Origin: Chrysochromulina tobinii | Lineage: Eukaryota | Direction: 5' to 3' | DNA length: 33,547 nucleotides | Assembly: GCA_001275005.1 (NCBI GenBank) | Contig: JWZX01002501.1 | Span: 1-33,547 of the forward strand | Shown: piece by piece, positions 30,001 through 33,547 of the stretch | How positions within the stretch are numbered: position 1 is the first letter of the stretch | Layout: each line of letters begins with the position of its first letter | Notes under the pieces: generated by a model | Told to the model about the DNA's origin: nothing | The model's database searches: none | What the model saw: only the letters and a program-made list of their open reading frames with translations | Program-made: the position numbers and the translations under genes

Positions 30001-33000
30001 TTTGAACGCGATGCGAATGCAGGTGACCAAGTTAGTCGAGGAAGCCCTCGCGAGCATGATCGACGGTGGCGGCGCCACCGGCCTGTGCAAGCTCGGCCTC
30101 ACCATCCGCAACGACGCCGCACGCCGGCGCGTGGAGGCGGCCTTGTTCCGGAACACTGATCGGGTCCGGCAGGAGCGCATTACCGGTAAGAATCTCTCCG
30201 GTAGCTCGGGGAATCTCTCCGGTACTGTTGAGGGGACGACCTCAGGCTCGACCTCGAGCACCATTCCCTCACGCGTCACCGAAGACCCAAGCACTGGCTC
30301 CGCACCAGCAGCGGCAGTGGCTGATGGTTTCGGCAGCACCGCACCCAGCTTTGGCGGCGTACCAGCAGGCTTTGGCGGCAATGCGTCTAGTTCCGGTGGC
30401 GATGGCTCCTTCACGTTCGGCAACGGCTTCGGCGATAGCTCATCCTCTTTTGGTGGTGATGCAGTTGGCTTCGGTGGCATTGGTGCTACGCCTGTAGCGG
30501 AGGGCCAAGGCGTCGACGCGTTTGCGGCATGGGGGCCTGCATCATCGCCCGCGCCCGCCTCTTCCCCTGCTTCCGCGCCGCCCCTGGCACAGTTTGCAGA
30601 GTCTCCTCTTGCGAAGCCGTTGCTCGCGACTGGCCACGCTGCCAACCCTCCGAGCAGTCTCTCGACTGCCGATCCGCCGAGCGTGCACGTGCAGCCTCTG
30701 ATGGCCTCCGACGCGGCCAGCTTTGCGGCGAACACCCCGTCCGACACCCCTGTGAATACCCACTCCGACACCCCCCTGGCTCCTGTGAACCACGAAGCAA
30801 CCTTCGACAGCGTCTTTGTGGAAGCGACGCCGAGCAGTACACAGTCCGAGCCCACTCCCGCGCGGTCCGAGGCTGCCTTTGGGAGTGATTCGTTTGTGTC
30901 GCCTTCCTTTGGTGCCTTCGACGGGACGACGGCGGGCATGCCCAGCTATGCAACGCCTCTGCGCATCGACAGCGCGGGGCAGGTCTTCGCAACAACGAAG
31001 TCCGCATTCGCGCCCGATTCGGGTTTTGGCTTTGGCGGCGACGCACCCAACTTCGGTGGCGATGCACCAAGCTTCAGTGGCAATCATACCAGTATGAGCT
31101 TCGGTGGCGATGGCTCATCTTCGTTTGGTAGCGGCTTCGGCGATGTCTCGGCCTCTTTCGGCGGCGGTTTTGGCGCAGGGGCATTCGAGCCCCCACCGAC
31201 GAGTTCAGCCGCGGCGTTGCTCGACGACCCGTTCGGCGAGGGTGGCGATGCCCAGGACGGCGCTCGACCAGCTGCCCAGTCTGCGGCAGCCGAAGGCAAT
31301 GCACCTAACTTTGGCACCAGTGCATTCGAGCCGCCATCAACATGTTCAGCAGCGGCACTTCTCGACGACCCGTTCGGAGAGGGTGACGCCGCCCAGGACG
31401 GCGTTCGGCCGGCTGCCCAGTCTGCACCTCAAGGCAACGCACCGAGCTTTGGCGGCGATGCGACGAACTTCGGCGGCAATGCGCCGGACTTCGGCGGCAA
31501 TGCGCCGGACTTCGGCGGCATTGGCGTGCCCAGCTCTGGCGGCATTTCACCAAGCTTTGGTGGCAATGCACCAACGTTTAACATCACTTCTGGGTTTGGA
31601 ACCAACGACTCTGGCTTTGGCAGTGGCGCTGACGCTGGTTTTGGCAATGGAAGCATTTCGTTCACCAACGCCTCGCCGATTCCACAGCCGTCTTTTGATG
31701 AGGCGGCCACGCCCACCTCCGCAGGCCACGCCAACTTCGGTAGCGCTGGGTTCGGTGGCTCCTTCGACGCTCCGGCGTTCAGCCCCCAAACACCCACACT
31801 TGGCGGCAGCTTCGAATCAAGCGCGTTCGAGCCGCCGACGCCAACTTCAGCCGCGGCGTTGCTCGACGACCCGTTCGGAGAGGGTGGCGACGCCCAGGAC
31901 GGCGCTCGACCGGCTGCCCAGTCTGCGGCAGCCGAAGGCAATGCACCTAACTTTGGCACCAGTACATTCGAGCCGCCGACGCCAAGTTCAGCCGCGGCGT
32001 TGCTCGACGACCCGTTCGGAGAGGGTGGCGCCGCCCAGGACGGCGTTCGGCCGGCTGCCCAGTCTGCGGCAGCCGTAGGCAATACAGCACGCTTCAGTGC
32101 GAGCGCAGTCGAGCCGCCGGCACCGGCTACGGCAGCGGCACTTCTCGACGACCCGTTCGGAGAGGGTGACGATGCCCAGGACGGCGCTATCGGGGTTGGC
32201 GGGGCGTTCGGTGCGGGCTTTGGTGGTGCGCCGACGCAGATGCAGCCCGCGCCCGACGCGTTCGGCGCGGGTTTTATTGGTGCGCCGACGCAGATGCAGC
32301 CCGCCCCTGACGGGTTCGGCGCGGGCTTTGGTGGTGCGCCGACGCAGATGCAGCCCGCACCCGACACGTTCGGCGCGGGCTTTGGTGGTGCGCCGACGCA
32401 GATGCAGCCCGCCCCTGACACGTTCGGCGCGGGTTTTGGTGGTGCGGGTTTTGGTGGTGCGCCGACGCAGATGCAGCCCGCACCCGACGCGTTCGGTGCG
32501 GGCTTTGGTGGTGCGCCGACGCAGATGCAGCCCGCCCCTGACGCGTTCGGCGCGGGTTTTGGTGGTGCGGGTTTTGGTGGTGCGCCGACGCAGATGCAGC
32601 CCGCACCCGACGCGTTCGGCGCGGGCTTTGGTGGTGCGCCGACGCAGATGCAGCCCGCGCCCGACGCGTTCGGCGCAGCGTTTGGTGGTGCGCCGACGCA
32701 GATGCAGCCCGCGCCCGACGCGTTCGGCGCGGGCTTTGGTGGTGCGCCGACGCAGATGCCGCCCGCCCCTGACGCGTTCGGTGCGGGTTTTGGTGGTGCG
32801 GGTTTTGGTGGTGCGCCGACGCAGATGCAGCCCGCGCCTGACGCGTTCGGCGCAGCGTTTGGTGGTGCGCCGACGCAGATGCAGCCCGCGCCTGACACGT
32901 TCGGCGCAGCGTTTGGTGGTGCGCCGACGCAGATGCAGCCCGCACCCGACGCGTTCGGCGCAGCGTTTGGTGGTGCGCCGACGCAGACGCAGCCCGCGCC

Positions 33001-33547
33001 CGACGCGTTCGGCACTGGCTTTGGCGTGGGTCCTTCAGAAACGCCCCCAGCCCAGCAGCGCGGCTCACAACCGGGGCCCCTCACCGCGCCGGCGCCGCTG
33101 CCGCCGCTGCCGCCACCACCGGCGCAGCCGCTGCGCAGCTGCACATTTGGAGAGGGGCCACTCGGGCTCGCACTCGCGGACGACCGCGGCGCTGTTGTCG
33201 TCCTGAGCGACCCCTCTCCTGGCACACAAGCACACGCCAACGGGATTCTGCGGCTGAGCGTCCTCGTGGGCGTCAATCATGAGAGCGTGAGAGGGCTGAC
33301 CAAGGACGCGTGTATCGGCAAGATCCAGTCATGCAGTCGCCCCCTCGTGCTGCAGTTTCTCCCGCCTCCGAGCGACGAGAGCGGCATCGCGGCGCCAACG
33401 CTGCAGCAAGTACGGATGACCGTGGCAACATTTGGCGCCGCAGCTGAGCCAAAGGCGCCTCCACCCTTCGCTGATCTGCCCCCTGCCTTTTCGGATTCCT
33501 TCGGCGGCCAGCTTCCACCCACCCCCCCTCTGCAACCCGCCCCCCAC
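27062..33547 (+). CDS. Large protein, 3'-truncated by window: Ala-rich coiled coil, tropomodulin-type LRR domain, FG/DPF/DAF-rich repeats, PDZ domain. Exon 27062-27877, intron, then exon from 28006 with an apparent frameshift at ~28510-28550
   Basis: Phase-0 intron GCG|GTGCGC...GGCAG|GTGCGC. From 28511 the +2 frame appears to run stop-free to the window end (spot-translated; it is absent from the ORF track, as expected for a frame with no stop). LRR ~29669-30181. PDZ ~33131-33360 (CTFGEGPLGLAL..VLVGVNHESVRGLTKDACIGKIQSCSRPLVLQF). Confidence 0.75.
27878..28005 (+). other. Spliceosomal intron (128 bp) filled with ~10-bp CTCTGATGGC/CTCTGATGAC microrepeats
   Basis: GTGCGC donor, CCTCCCCCTCCCTCGGCAG acceptor; removes the TGA at 27929-27931 and joins DEA|VRSAVAA in frame. 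Confidence 0.8.
31183..32185 (+). repeat. 141-bp (47-aa) coding repeat containing AAALLDDPFGEG, 5 copies in two blocks
   Basis: CTCGACGACCCGTTCGG at ~31220, ~31361, ~31862, ~32003 and ~32144; spacing 141 within each block. Confidence 0.85.
32206..33012 (+). repeat. 54-bp (18-aa) coding minisatellite FGGAPTQMQPAPD(A/T)FGA(G/A), 14 copies, three of them with an extra FGGAG
   Basis: GGTGCGCCGACGCAGATGCAGCCCGC recurs with 54/69-bp period. Confidence 0.92.

Noticed and set aside
32206..33012. Regular repeat array as a possible CRISPR
   Set aside because: No unique spacers; units are codon multiples within an ORF; eukaryotic context with no cas genes
29278..33276. - strand ORFs of 553 and 615 aa with CICVGAPP repeats
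   Set aside because: Mirror frames of the + strand gene, which carries recognisable LRR and PDZ domains

Overview
GC-rich eukaryotic nuclear DNA, most consistent with a haptophyte (prymnesiophyte) alga. That assignment is inferred from the GC content, GTGAGC/GTGCGC..CAG spliceosomal introns filled with microrepeats, a signal peptide ending in SAA-F, and PPPSP-linked surface proteins. I see about 10 protein genes, in order: (1) the 3' end of a CUB-like/Pro-rich membrane protein; (2) a 3-exon, ~2555-aa ARM-like/multi-IQ/Ala-rich coiled-coil/EF-hand protein on the - strand; (3) an AT-richer island where a LigA/RFC1-type BRCT ORF and a Cys-rich ORF share one reading frame but are split by a GC-rich opposite-strand coding fragment; (4) a 2-exon RING-H2 gene; (5) a TIGR02466-type 2OG-Fe(II) oxygenase; (6) a Tag-family 3-methyladenine glycosylase that has lost 3 of its 4 zinc ligands; (7) a PhyH-type 2OG-Fe(II) dioxygenase; (8) a putative plastid-targeted membrane protein; (9) a ~2040-aa modular surface receptor with six Cys-rich DGGPG modules, MAM, LamG, a C-type lectin nested inside one module, a SEA-like domain and a TM helix; (10) a large gene mostly missed by the ORF track, with coiled coil, a tropomodulin-type LRR domain, DPF/FG repeats and PDZ, running off the window end. 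Several tandem repeats and a dispersed hairpin+(TGAC)n element present in two copies are also seen. I recognised no rRNA, tRNA, CRISPR array or intact transposase. All domain calls are by eye, without database searches.
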